This document shows positions 11,247 to 23,614 of a stretch of 64,000 nucleotides of DNA, piece after piece. Under the pieces are notes generated by a model. The model searched no databases. It had not been told where the DNA came from and saw only the letters and a list, made by a program, of their open reading frames with translations. The DNA is taken from NCBI GenBank assembly GCA_964016885.1, contig OZ024742.1, positions 2,294,001 to 2,358,000 on the forward strand. The letters run 5' to 3'. The stretch is from Eledone cirrhosa. Its lineage: Eukaryota. The translations under genes and the position numbers were made by a program. Position 1 is the stretch's first letter; each line of letters starts with the position of its first letter.

Positions 11247-11607
11247 TATATTAATAAAAGTAATTCCAACTTTGTCTGATTTACTCGTTTTATTTCCAAT
11301 GCTTTAAAATTATAATGATATTATAATGAAATAGTATGGTAGAATATTAGATGTTAAGTGTTAATTGAATAAGTACTTTCATGCTTTCGCAATCTTCAGG
11401 TTCATATTCAGTGGTGACAGTCAAGTTTGCAGACTGTCACCACTGAATATGAACCTGAAGATTGCGAAAGCATGAAAGTACTTATTCAATTAACACTTAA
11501 CATCTAATATTCTACCATACTATTTCATTATAATATCATTATAATTTTAAAGGATTGTAAATAAAACGAGTAAATCAGACAAAGTTGGAATTACTTTTAT
11601 TAATATA
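11247..11607. mobile_element. ~360-bp fold-back PLE-like end with a minimal hammerhead on each arm
   Basis: Nearly perfect ~175-bp arms around AAGTTTGCA; CTGAAGA-TTGC-GAAA-GCATG at 11455-11474; TA-flanked. Confidence 0.75.
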
Positions 11608-11756
11608 TATATATATATATAAATGCAGCCTCGACAGATGAATACTGCTTGATTATGGCTGACAACTGATACAACCAGGACACCATAGTGAAACACCAAT
11701 ATATGGAACACTACATTATGTAACATTCTCTCCTTATTTTAATTTATATTCCTTTG

Positions 11757-11880
11757 AAGTTCCGATGAGCCGCTCTGTTTTTAAATATGTTAATTATTTT
11801 CCACTGAACCAGATCAATAATGATATATAGTCATCTGATCCAGGAATATTATATGGAGTAGCGAAACAATTGTAAACGGA
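11757..11880 (+). ncRNA. Hammerhead-like motif with long stem II (core CCGATGA)
   Basis: GTT-CCGATGA-GCCGCTC...GAGTAGC-GAAA-CAATTG-TA-AAC. Confidence 0.55.
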
Positions 11881-11949
11881 CATTATTATTATTATTCTCT
11901 ACATTCCTGTCTTCCTTATGAAATTTGTGGCCTTGCTTTGCTTAACTAA

Positions 11950-11996
<47 letters not shown>

Positions 11997-12476
11997 TGAA
12001 AGAATGAAGAGTAACATGGTTGGCTGTACACCAAGGGTCTTTATTTCAGGTATTAACAATTGTTTCATTGATCAGAGGAGTCTAGAGGCCGCTAATCGCT
12101 CGAAGGTGCGTCACTCGACCTCCATTACATATATATATGCATACTTACATATCCAATATATAGGCCTGATGGATTATTTGTACATAGGTGCATATTTTCC
12201 GAGTCTAATTTTAGTTGCGTATAAGTAGTAAATCAATCCTAAGGTGGATCTGTTTGTAACCGACTAAAGCTCAGAGCCAGTCATTTGTGAAACACGTGTA
12301 ACGCGAGATTGCAAAATATGTTGAACTGAAACTTTAATTTCTCTTTCTTGATATAAACTCTCTGCATATTACGCCAATAACAAACAGATGTCGGTATGAA
12401 TCAATACTTTTAATACTGAATATAACATGCAATCCAGTTAAAAGCATTTAGTACTAAAACAGTTGCCACCTAATTG

Positions 12477-12630
12477 GCGAATTGGCAGAGTCGTTAGACA
12501 TCGGATAGAATGCTTTGCAGTATTCATTGCGGCATTCTACTATCTGAGTTCAAATACCACCAATGTCAACTTTGTCTTTCATCCATTCGAGGTCGATAAA
12601 AATAGTACTAGTGATATACTGTGGTTGATT
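12477..12630 (+). mobile_element. Degenerate SINE S1-related copy
   Basis: TGGCAGAGTCGTTAG, GAGTTCAAAT and TTTCATCCATTCGAGGTCGATAAAAAT motifs. Confidence 0.75.
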
Positions 12631-13149
12631 CTTCCTCTATATCTCTTTCTCACTTCCATTCTCTCACTCTCTCACTCACTCTCTCTCTTTGTCCCCCCTC
12701 TCTTTCGCTCTCTCTATCCTTCTTTGGAAGAAATCTATTGTATTCAGACCTGGAGAGGAGATGGGCTCCACCAGGTTTTAACAAAAGAAAAGCCGTATGT
12801 CAATATGGCGCCGCAACGGCTTCCCCACGAGTTACGGGACCATACAGGTACCAACTACTCACCAATTGGTTCTATGTAATACAATATAGTATGATATAAT
12901 ATAACTATAATTTTTATGTGGACCAAATATGTATGTTTTCAATTAATTAAAAATAGTAAAATGAGCAGAACGAGGTCATAAACACCCATCGAAATAACAC
13001 CTGAGATCGACGGAGAAGAAAGCTGGCTTCGTCAGCCACTATAGGTTATGTTACAACATGGCTTCCGTGAAAATGGTGGGACCATACAGCATATAAGGCT
13101 CTAGCTACTATACAGAAAACGAGAGTTTTTCGACAAAACACACACACAC

Positions 13150-13230
<81 letters not shown>

Positions 13231-13354
13231 ACAGTTTGTTCTGGTTCTTAGGTCTAAGCGCTACTTGTATCCTTTCCACGGGTAACGAAGAATGATATTG
13301 AAATATTAGATAAGGCCCCTAATAGCAGAGCGTTAAGGGCCTGCTATAGTACAT

Positions 13355-13396
<42 letters not shown>

Positions 13397-14239
13397 ATAG
13401 TAGTAGTAGTAATAGTAGTAGTAGTTTTGTCGCTGTTCTTGTTGCTGCAGTTGCTGTAATAGCAAGAGTTGATGCAATTTTTTTTCGGAAGAAACGGGTC
13501 GTGGGAATTACTATAATTGTGAGAATGGTAAGACACACTCACACACAAACACACACACACACACACACACATACATACCCCCCCCCCACATACACACGCA
13601 CGTACGTACGCACGCACTCACACACACACACACACACACACATACACACACGCGTACATATATATTCTTTACATACACAAATACATACATAAATTCATAT
13701 GTGCATACATGCACACATGTAAAGATACCTGTATACATACATTATATATATATCATGAGTGGGAGTTACACTGTATGATATTTAAACAACAACGACAACA
13801 ACAACAACAAAATAATGAAGATGTAAGTTTTTCGTCAGTAACTTGTACTGGATGAGTCATAGATTGTATGTTATGTGTTTGGAGGGGTTGGTGGTGGTGG
13901 TGGTGGTGGTGGTGGTGGTGGTGGATGTGGCGGTGGTGATGGTGTTGGTGGTAGTAGTGGTTGATGTGGTAGCTGCCCGTGTTGGTGAATGTGGTGTTGA
14001 TGGTTGTGGTGGTGGTAGTGTTGGTGGTGGTGGTGTTGGTGGTGGTTGATGTGGTGTTGGTGGTGGTGATGATTGATGTGGTGGTGATGGTTGATGTGGT
14101 GTTGGTGGTGAAGGTTGTGGTGGTGGTGGTGAAGGTGGTGGTGGTGGTGGATGTGGTATCCGCCCGTGTTGGTGGATGCCAGCGTTTTCTAGCGGATATC
14201 GTTAATGGTAGTGTTAGACAATATATCATAATATGAATT

Positions 14240-14375
14240 ATTTTAGTATGAGGCCAGCAATTTGAAGAGGAGGAGGGGGGGGGGGGTCGATTATATCGAA
14301 CTCAGTGTATTACTGGTACTTTATTATATTGACCCCGTAAGGATGAAAGGCAAAGTTAACCTCGGTGGGATTTGT
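14240..14375 (-). mobile_element. SINE S1 fragment
   Basis: ACTGGTACTTTATT..GACCCCGTAAGGATGAAAGGCAAAGTTAACCTCGG. Confidence 0.8.
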
Positions 14376-14474
14376 ATTTCCTTGTTAGTCACAAAGGTTT
14401 AAAGAGAATTAGGTTGGTTCAAAGAAAGCCTGATGGATGTTTCTAACTTATATACAGTTTAAACGTTTGTAATG

Positions 14475-14576
<102 letters not shown>

Positions 14577-14645
14577 CATATATATATATTCATTTAATTA
14601 AGGCTAAATAGTTACTCTGGAGTTCGCCTGTTTGTCACTAGACAG

Positions 14646-14704
<59 letters not shown>

Positions 14705-15195
14705 CATAATAAGACGAAATGTGAAGCAAAGATAAGAGAAGTTGGTCTGTGTTATGTAATAACCGCCATTTAGGAAGCCAGACTTTAGTCAGACAACTGA
14801 TGAAACATTTCAATATCAGGGATAAGATTACTACAATCTTTTCAATCTTATATTCCTATATTCTCAGTATTCCACTTACAACTTAGATCACCAATTTATA
14901 CACACACACATACACACACATACAAACGCATGTATGTATGTAAGTATAAGTAGGATCTGAGGGATGGATATATATATATATATGTATGTGTGTGTCTGTG
15001 TGTGTGTGTGTTTGTGTAACATCTGAAAGCCAGTTAGCTTTCTCTTCATTTCGTTTCTGTCTGCAAGAGTTTTTTACACGATTTGTTAATGGTGCGTTGT
15101 GGCAGCTTTACAAGAAGCTAACATACTTTCAGATTTGAAATCCTCTCGACTCGTCGTATGAAATGAATTGCTTGTTTGTATATTGAATATATATG

Positions 15196-15245
<50 letters not shown>

Positions 15246-15669
15246 ATATTAACAAATGGAAACTGTATTTATAAGACCATATTTATTTCATTATACATAT
15301 TTCAAGGGCCACCTGAGAAAACTATGGTGCGCTTTCATCAGATAAAATATAATATAGGTTAGTTTTATAAATAAATATTGACATACCCTTAAAAAATGCA
15401 ACCATTCTGGTTGGAATCTCCCAACAAATTAAATATAACCTCTACATATATACACACAGACACAAACACACACACACATATATATATTGTGTAGCAAGAG
15501 ACCTCCTATTCTTCATTAAGACATCTCTTTAGGAGAAGGTCACTTTGATATAAAACCTACAACTTTGTATCCGATGATGTAGACCAGTTCTTCGTTTTGG
15601 CTAAATGCATTCGATGTTCAGAGAGTGGGATTGGCTCCGTGCAAAGTCTTTCGTCACTTAAAAAGGCAA

Positions 15670-16022
15670 AGAAAATCCAACTTTTTTATGGCCTAGGGCA
15701 AACATTAGGTGAAAAACTTCATTTTTTCAGCTTCTTAGGGCTTTTTTTAGGCGTTACGTCTAGCCGATTTTCCCGAAATTTCAAGGCATGTTATGCACAT
15801 AAAAAATAATTCATTTTCTTGATGCCCTAGGGCCCGCATTAGGTGAAAACCTGCATTTTTTCCTGCTTCATCGAGGAAAATCTTAAAGATTATCCAGCCA
15901 TCAGAGTATTCGGTTTATTTTTTTTACATATTGTAGAGGCATGCAGTTTTTCCACAATTAGGTCTATTGGCGGCCCGCGTTCCAAAATACCTTATCCCGT
16001 ACAACACCGGGTACCACTGCTA

Positions 16023-16023
<1 letters not shown>
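15670..16023 (+). mobile_element. Non-autonomous Helitron 3' end
   Basis: Hairpin CCCG-TACAACAC-CGGG (15996-16011) 8 nt before terminal CTAG|T. Internal direct repeat CCTAGGGC..CATTAGGTGAAAA. The 5' boundary is uncertain. Confidence 0.7.
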
Positions 16024-16090
<67 letters not shown>

Positions 16091-16095
16091 GAGTA

Positions 16096-16280
16096 GTAAT
16101 TTAATATCATTTGATAATATTTATGCTGCGATATAAAATGTTTCCTAATTAGATTCAAGAAGACTGTAACCAAGGGAGTGTTGACTGTCATACTAGTAGG
16201 TGGGTTGAACCATCTAATGTTTCTTCCTGCTTTCTCCTTCATTTTCTAAAAGTTTGGTTGGTCTATATGGCTGGATTTCG
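16096..16280 (-). pseudogene. PLE ORF fragment (RT-EN linker)
   Basis: RNIRWFNPP.S..V.T....FLNLIRKHF...HKYY, homologous to the IIWYNAPFS region at 130-450. Confidence 0.75.
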
Positions 16281-16420
16281 TTCACGCACACACACACACG
16301 TGTGTCTATTTAACGGGATGATAATTTCAATGTGTTCACTTAACTACGTCAGTGACATCTATAACGAGATGTCTAGCTGGATGAGATAATATCCCCCCAC
16401 CATACGCAAACATACACACA

Positions 16421-16469
<49 letters not shown>

Positions 16470-16752
16470 TTATATAAAATTCTGAGTTTGAAGAACAGCC
16501 AGACAAAATATATCCAACGTAGAAATCAACTAGATAAATAATCATTAAAACGGAGCTAAATTTAAAATGTAACTTTGAAGAAATAACAGATAAATATTAC
16601 AGACTTTCCTCTGTGAGGAACAGTCAGATAAAATTTACCTAATCTTTCCTCTTAGTCCGTAGAAATTAACAAGACAAATAATCAATTAAACGGAGCTAAG
16701 TCTAAATGTAAGTTTGAATAAAAAAATGTAAACTTTACCAAAATTCTTCTAG

Positions 16753-16836
16753 TCCCGACTATCGATAGTTTCGCTCGTACTTTATGGAAATGTCTAATCG
16801 TTGTATTACCCATGAGGTTTCGAGCTTTTCAAGAGA
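16753..16836 (-). ncRNA. Hammerhead-like motif (core TTGAAAA)
   Basis: Minus strand TCTC-TTGAAAA-GCTCG...CGAGC-GAAA-CTATCGATAG-TC-GGGA; palindromic stem III; GTC triplet. Confidence 0.6.
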
Positions 16837-17470
16837 GTCCCTCAGTTAAGACTAAAGTTTCTACAGTGATCGCCGCCAGTAACGAATTCAAAAGGGGTGA
16901 AAAAGATCACGTGGCTAGGGGTGAAAGTAGAAGAGTTGTGAGGGGTAGGTCGGATGGCAAGTAGGCTCATTGCTAGAAAAAGCAGTTAGTTACCGCCTAA
17001 GGTTTACTCAACCGTAAGGGAGTATGGAATAAATTCATAAGGACATACTTTATATGTATATATTTAGACATAGTCACAGATACGTATATGAGTGTGGCTA
17101 CCTTCAACAGTGTAGCTCTATGAAAAATGAATTAAGCAAATAATTATTAATCAGAGCTATATAAAATTATAAGTTTGAAGAACAGTCAGACAAAATATAT
17201 CTAATTCTTTTCCTCCTTAGTCCGTAGAAATCAACTAGATAAATAAACATTCACACAGCATACACACATCCCTAATATATGGAGTTTCGCCTGTTTATCA
17301 CATAAACTCCAGAGTAACTCTGTTTATCAGATAAACTCCAGAGTAACAAGTTTCTCTATTTAGCCATAATAAAATGAATATTAAAACTCTACTTCAGTAT
17401 TGAGTACTCTTTTCTCTCAGCCGTCAATCACATACGGATATATATACAAACAGACATATACACACACACG

Positions 17471-17562
<92 letters not shown>

Positions 17563-17565
<3 letters not shown>

Positions 17566-17795
17566 TTATTAAAATAACAGATTAAAGTTTAAGCAAAGAA
17601 TCGCTGCTTTCACCCTTAACGGGATATTCTGTTTCAGAAGATCCCGTTAAGGGTGAAAGCAGCGATTCTTTGCTTAAACTTTAATCTGTTATTTTAATAA
17701 ATATTTGCTCTACGGTTCTTATATATTTGATATATATTTATCCTTATCGAGCCCTCTTTGGATTTTAGTCTTCAAATTTATTATTATTACTATAC
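17563..17795. mobile_element. Family B fold-back, second copy
   Basis: Palindrome 17563-17704 plus a tail that is the reverse complement of 2630-2720. Confidence 0.75.
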
Positions 17796-17874
17796 ATATA
17801 TATATATATATATATACGTGCATACGTACATTCATACATATATACATACACACACAAATACACACACACACACA

Positions 17875-18028
17875 CGTTTCGACGGTTATTTCTGGACTGA
17901 AATAGTCGAAACGACTTGAGCTCTGCCGTCGGGGTATTGAATATTTTCCTATTACCCACTTTACTACCCTAAGTATTAAGTACTCTGGTGCGTTATGGTC
18001 CACCTGGTTCCTTACCACACTTCCTTCG

Positions 18029-18030
<2 letters not shown>
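17875..18030 (+). mobile_element. Family A copy with short fold-back
   Basis: GTTTCGACGGTTATTTC-TGGACT-GAAATAGTCGAAAC followed by the family A tail. Confidence 0.75.
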
Positions 18031-18086
<56 letters not shown>

Positions 18087-18092
<6 letters not shown>

Positions 18093-18450
18093 GTGAGGTA
18101 TTTTTTACAAAATGAAAAATAACCGAGGTGTCCTACACGAGTGAAAGTATAAAGAAAAAAAGATAAAATCGAAAATGCAACTGGAGTCTTATTTAAATAT
18201 ATATATATATATTTTATTTGGTTCCTTTACCGGTTTCGCAGTTCTTCTGCTTTTCAAAAGTAGAGTTGAGATGGAGGGTCTGTGGTTTTTCTCACATCAG
18301 ATGTGAGAAAAACCACAGACCCTCCATCTCAACTCTACTTTTGAAAAGCAGAAGAACTGCGAAACCGATAAAGGAACCAAATAAATATATATATTTTTTT
18401 TAAAATAAGACTCCAGTTGCATTTTCGATTTCATCTTTTTTTCTTTATAC
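18087..18450. mobile_element. Fold-back element (palindrome 18147-18450) with hammerhead-like motif
   Basis: ~150-bp arms; TTGAAAA-GCAG-AAGAA-CTGC-GAAA-CCG(G)TA; TA-flanked. Confidence 0.7.
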
Positions 18451-18506
18451 ATATATATATATATGTGTGTGTCTGATGGTAGCTATAATGCTTCCATAGG
18501 CATATA

Positions 18507-18578
<72 letters not shown>

Positions 18579-18629
18579 TATATATATACATATATATATA
18601 TACACATATATATATACATATATATATAT

Positions 18630-18700
<71 letters not shown>

Positions 18701-18744
18701 CACACACACACTTATATATATACACACACACACACACACTTACT

Positions 18745-18777
<33 letters not shown>

Positions 18778-19174
18778 TTACTTATATATATATATATATA
18801 TATACACACACAGTCATTTGCTTTCACAGTTATTTGTACATTTGCAATGTGTTGCTATCTTTATGCAATATGATATTGTGTGAGTCATTAAACTAATGTC
18901 ACTCTATATACACAAGCTCTGCAAATGCAGATATACACACATGCATAGACACGCACACACACTAATATATATCTATATACATAAATACACTCATACATAT
19001 ACACAAGATTATATATAGACATATATACACATATACAAAAATCATACATATGCATATAAACACATACATACATATGCATACATGTATACACATGCCTATA
19101 AACATACATATGCATACATGTATACACATACATAGAATAAATTATTATAAATGCACACATTTACACATACACAA

Positions 19175-19410
19175 GTTACCGGCGACAAGTTGTGTCGTTG
19201 AGCAAGACACTTTGTTTTCGTTGCTCCACTCATTTGGCAAAGGACGGACTTTGTAAAATGCTGTGTCACACTGAATCTCCCTGAGAACTACGTTAAGGGT
19301 ACGCCTGTCTGTGGAATGCTCAGCCACTTATACACGTTAATTTCACGAGAGAGCTGTTCTGCTGATCTCATATAATAAGAACACTCATCGTCGTAACCGA
19401 TGGAGTGCCA
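19175..19410 (+). mobile_element. SINE-like repeat, second family
   Basis: GTTGTGTCGTTGAGCAAGACAC core and a 3' body ending GTCGTAACCGATGGAGTGCC. Confidence 0.55.
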
Positions 19411-19439
19411 GTTTATTATTGGTCGTGAAGATATAATAA

Positions 19440-19652
19440 TAGTTTCTGATTTAGGTACATGGCCAACAAATTGGGGGGAGAGTTGATTAAATCGACCCCA
19501 GTACATTACTGGTACTTTATTTCATTAACCCTGTAAGGATGAAAGGTAAAGTTAACCTCGGTGGGATTTGAACTCAGAACGTAAGGAGACGTAACTCTAT
19601 GCCACAAAGCCTGTTGTCCGACGCTCTACCGATACTGTCAATCCACGACCCT
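19440..19652 (-). mobile_element. SINE S1, older subfamily
   Basis: Homology to 8810-9012. Confidence 0.85.
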
Positions 19653-19880
19653 ATACTACGATTTAATTATAAAAATAGTTATAGTAGTAATAGATTTAAT
19701 GTTGGTTATGATGATGGAAGAATTGATAATACTGGAAAATAAGGGTTTCACTTATTGGCCACAAGGGTCGCCATGTTACTGGAAAATAAGGCCAATAATT
19801 GAAGGGAGGTGAAGAAAGTTGATTAAATTAACCTCTGTACATTACTGGTACTTTATTAATTCACCGTCCTTGTTAAAATA

Positions 19881-20068
19881 ATTGTTTCTACTTTAGGCAC
19901 AAGGCCAGCAATTAGTCCAGTGTATTACTGGTACTTTATTTTATCGACCCCGTAAGGATGAAAGGCAGAGCTAACCTCAGCAGGATTTGAACTCAGAACG
20001 TAAAGGGCCGTAGCTCTTTGCCGCAAAGAATGTCCGACGCTCTACCAATTACTGCCAATCCACCGCCT
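19881..20068 (-). mobile_element. SINE S1, full length
   Basis: Homology to 181-364. Confidence 0.9.
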
Positions 20069-20506
20069 TAATGACGGTAATAATAATGATGATTATACTG
20101 ATAGGAGTTAGTAACCTTGGCTACAGGGTCACTCCTACCCTAGTATACTACTGTGAAGGATGGGATTCTAGGGGTGGGGTGGGGGTAAAAGGAGGAAGTT
20201 CTCGTGGGATCAAATGTTTGCAATAGATCGTGTCATCACTAAAGATGAATTATGAGACGATGTCTTACGATATTCAATAAGACTGCCTACACTCACAGAT
20301 CAAATTCCATTGTTTCTTTGATCTGGTAGGTCTAGAGTTCGCTACTCGCCTATTCTAAAGGTTGAGATTGTTGGTTCGAATCATGGGGGTTTGGTTTTCA
20401 CAACATCAATAGCAAATATTTTATGAATGAGACGGTGATAACAACAATAATAGAGACAATAAAAGTAGTGAAATAGTAAAATGATGTATTGATGTATTTT
20501 AACTAT

Positions 20507-20672
20507 CGGTAGAGGGTCGGACGCCATGCTTTGTACCACAGTTACGTCCCATTACGGACTGAGTTCAAATCCCGCCAGGTTAATTTTCCCTTTCATCCTT
20601 ACAGGGTCGATAAAATAAAGTACCAGTAATACACTGGGATAATTGCTGGCCTTGTGCCAAAAAGAAGAAATA
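20507..20672 (+). mobile_element. SINE S1, slightly 5'-truncated, 12-bp TSD
   Basis: TATTTTAACTAT at 20495-20506 and 20675-20686. Confidence 0.88.
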
Positions 20673-20780
20673 ATTATTTTAACTATTCAGTATCTAGTTA
20701 TTTTATTATTGATATTATTGTTCTGGTTTAATACCACTCCTCTATAAAAGCCATGCCTTGTGTATCTTCTTCACTTTCGC

Positions 20781-20891
20781 GTGCTCTGATGAAAACGACT
20801 GGTTATAAACAAAGTATTGGAGATCGATTGACGCAAAATCAGGCGAGTAACGAACTCTAGACCTACCAGATCAAAGAAACAATTGTCAGCA
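20781..20891 (+). ncRNA. Hammerhead ribozyme with long stem II
   Basis: TGCT-CTGATGA-..CTGGT...ACCAG..-GAAA-CAATTG-TC-AGCA: canonical core, GTC triplet, stem I TGCT/AGCA, followed by AATAAA and (TA)n. Confidence 0.7.
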
Positions 20892-20942
20892 ATGTGAATA
20901 AAGCCCTTATTGTATAGCAAACCATGTCACTCTTCTTTCTTG

Positions 20943-21111
<169 letters not shown>

Positions 21112-21267
21112 TATTGATGCTCTGAAATAGCGATGTATTTGCCGAAAATAAGTAAGTGACATAGTCACTACTTTAAAACAGATAACGAATGGTCTTCTAA
21201 ATGTTTTTAATTAAACACACGGTATATTGCCAAATATACTATACATACATTCATACATATATATGTA

Positions 21268-21321
<54 letters not shown>

Positions 21322-21323
<2 letters not shown>

Positions 21324-21779
21324 AAAGTTATATTTAAATTGTTGGGTTACAACTAGTAAATATTTATAACTGATATAAAAGCACTCAACAAGTATTTGGA
21401 GTATATTTACGATATTAAATAAATGGAAACTATATTTATAAAACCATATCTATTTCATTATATATATTTCAGGGATATCATATTAACAATATGTTATGCC
21501 TTCCTCAGACAAAATACAATATAGACAGTTTTATAGATAAATAGATTTGACATACCGTTCAACATCGACTTGTATTTGAAAAAGTTGATTTGGCAGTCAA
21601 ATCAACTTTTTCAAATACAAGTCGATGTTGAACGGTATGTCAAATCTATTTATCTATAAAACTGTCTATATTGTATTTTGTCTGAGGAAGGCATAACATA
21701 TTGTTAATATGATATCCCTGAAATATATATAATGAAATAGATATGGTTTTATAAATATAGTTTCCATTTATTTAATATC

Positions 21780-21782
<3 letters not shown>
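21322..21782. mobile_element. Fold-back element, family C (perfect palindrome 21408-21782)
   Basis: ~185-bp arms centred on TTGAAAAAGTTGATTTG-GCAGT-CAAATCAAC. Unfolded relatives at 15250-15400 and 39190-39485. Confidence 0.8.
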
Positions 21783-21821
<39 letters not shown>

Positions 21822-21829
21822 ATTAAATG

Positions 21830-22255
21830 AAATATGTAAAATTTGGCTCCGTTTATAAATTATAAATGTACTGCTATTTATATTTCGGTGACAACCATCA
21901 TTGGCTGTGACCTCTTCAGGCAGTCCGAATTGGTGTTGAAAAGACACGTACACATGTTGTTGAAGTGTGTTTTATTCCGTCAATACAACGATATGTCCAG
22001 TTCCTGGTTATGTTGTTATTCCTCTGAGGAACTGGAATCATATGATTCCAGTTCCTCAGAGGAATAACAACATAACCAGGAGCTGGACATATCGCTGTAT
22101 TGACGGAATAAAACACACTTCAACAACATGTGTCTTTTCCACACTAATTCGGACTGCCTGAAGAGGTCACAGCCAACGGTGGCTGTCACCGAAATATATA
22201 TAGCAATACATTTATAATTTATAATAAACGAAGCCAAATTTTACATATTTGACTT
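21830..22255. mobile_element. Fold-back PLE-like end with a hammerhead on both arms
   Basis: ~210-bp arms centred on GGAATCATATGATTCC. Confidence 0.8.
22155..22205 (+). ncRNA. Type I hammerhead ribozyme (mirror copy ~21872-21922 on the minus strand)
   Basis: TGC-CTGAAGA-GGTCACAGCCA-ACGG-TGGCTGTCACC-GAAA-TATATA-TA-GCA. Confidence 0.8.
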
Positions 22256-22271
22256 CATTATTTTACACGTA

Positions 22272-22786
22272 AGGGTGGTCGATTGGCAGTATCGGTAGAG
22301 GGTCGGACGCCATGCTTTCACGTATAGAGTTACGCCCCTTTATGATCTGAGTTCAAATCCCGCCGAGGTTAACTTTGCCTTTCATCCTTACGGGGTCGAT
22401 AAAATAAAGTACCAGTAATGCACTGGGATAATTACTGGCCTTGTGCCAAAAGTAGAAACAATTATTTTACACGTAAGGATGAAAGGCAAAGTTAACCCGC
22501 CGAGGTTAACTTTGCCTTTCATCCTTACGGGGTCGATAAAATAAAGTACCAGTAATGCACTGGGTAATTGCTGGCCTTGTGCCTAACGTAGAAACAATTA
22601 TTTTACATGTGAATTGGCAGTATCGGTAGAGGGTCGGACATGCTTTCCTGCATAGATACGTCCCTTTACGATCTGAGTTCAAATCCCGCCGAGGTTAACT
22701 TTGCCTTTCATCCATACGGGGTCGATAAAATAAAGTACCAGTAATGTACTGGGTAATTGCTGGCCTTGTGCCAAAAGTAGAACCAA
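22272..22786 (+). mobile_element. Tandem stack of three SINE S1 copies
   Basis: Copies at ~22272-22460, ~22497-22597 (with a short inverted 5' piece) and ~22610-22786, each bounded by ATTATTTTACA. Confidence 0.9.
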
Positions 22787-23614
22787 TTATTTTACATTAC
22801 ACCGGAGTAAACAAACCAACCTGCGTACTTCGTCGAGTGCTCCAATCTGCATACTAAGCTGTCGGTAAACAACCAACATATACTCAATATACATATATAT
22901 AGAAGCCGTGGAACTAGGGGGGGGGGGGCATGTCTCTCACCCAATAATTATATTTTTCTCCCCAAACTACCAAACTTCTGTGTAATAAATATAGAGAGGA
23001 GGGGAGATTCGTGTTAATTGATATAGAGAGGGGGAGAAATTGGTGCTAATTGATATATAGAGGGGGTGGAAGAGAATGTTGTATGGTAGATATAGAGAGG
23101 GGCATAATTTACTAGTGATAGATAGAGTGAGGGGCTTTCGAAGTGTGTATTGTATATTAGATATAGAGAGAGGTTGAGATTGATGTTTGCTGATATAGAG
23201 AGGGGGTATTGGAAGAGAGTTCCGTGTAGTAGATATAGAGAGGGGGAGAGTTTTGTGTTAATTGATATATAGAGGGGGATTGGGAGAGTGTTGTATGATT
23301 GATGTAGAGAGGAGGAAGTTTAGTGGTAATGAATAGAGTGAGAGGATTGATAAAGATAGGTATTGATAGATATATATTTCTATTTATTTGCCACCAGGGC
23401 ATCAAAGATTGGGACAAATACAAAGGGGTGAGTTTACATACATTTAAAAGGCGTGTAAAAAACATATAACAAATTAAATTTAACAATCGATGTCCTCAAT
23501 AGGGAGGGGCGTTGACATGGGTCGCACACACCCCCGAAAAAATGTGCAACCCTCCTCTTCAGGAGCACAAAGAGCAGGTGCTTCCTTCCTCTTCTCATTC
23601 TTCTCATCTCTCAC

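Noticed and set aside
12160-12310. Additional hammerhead (CTGATGG..GAAACACGTGTA)
   Set aside because: Core mismatch and no convincing stems I or II.
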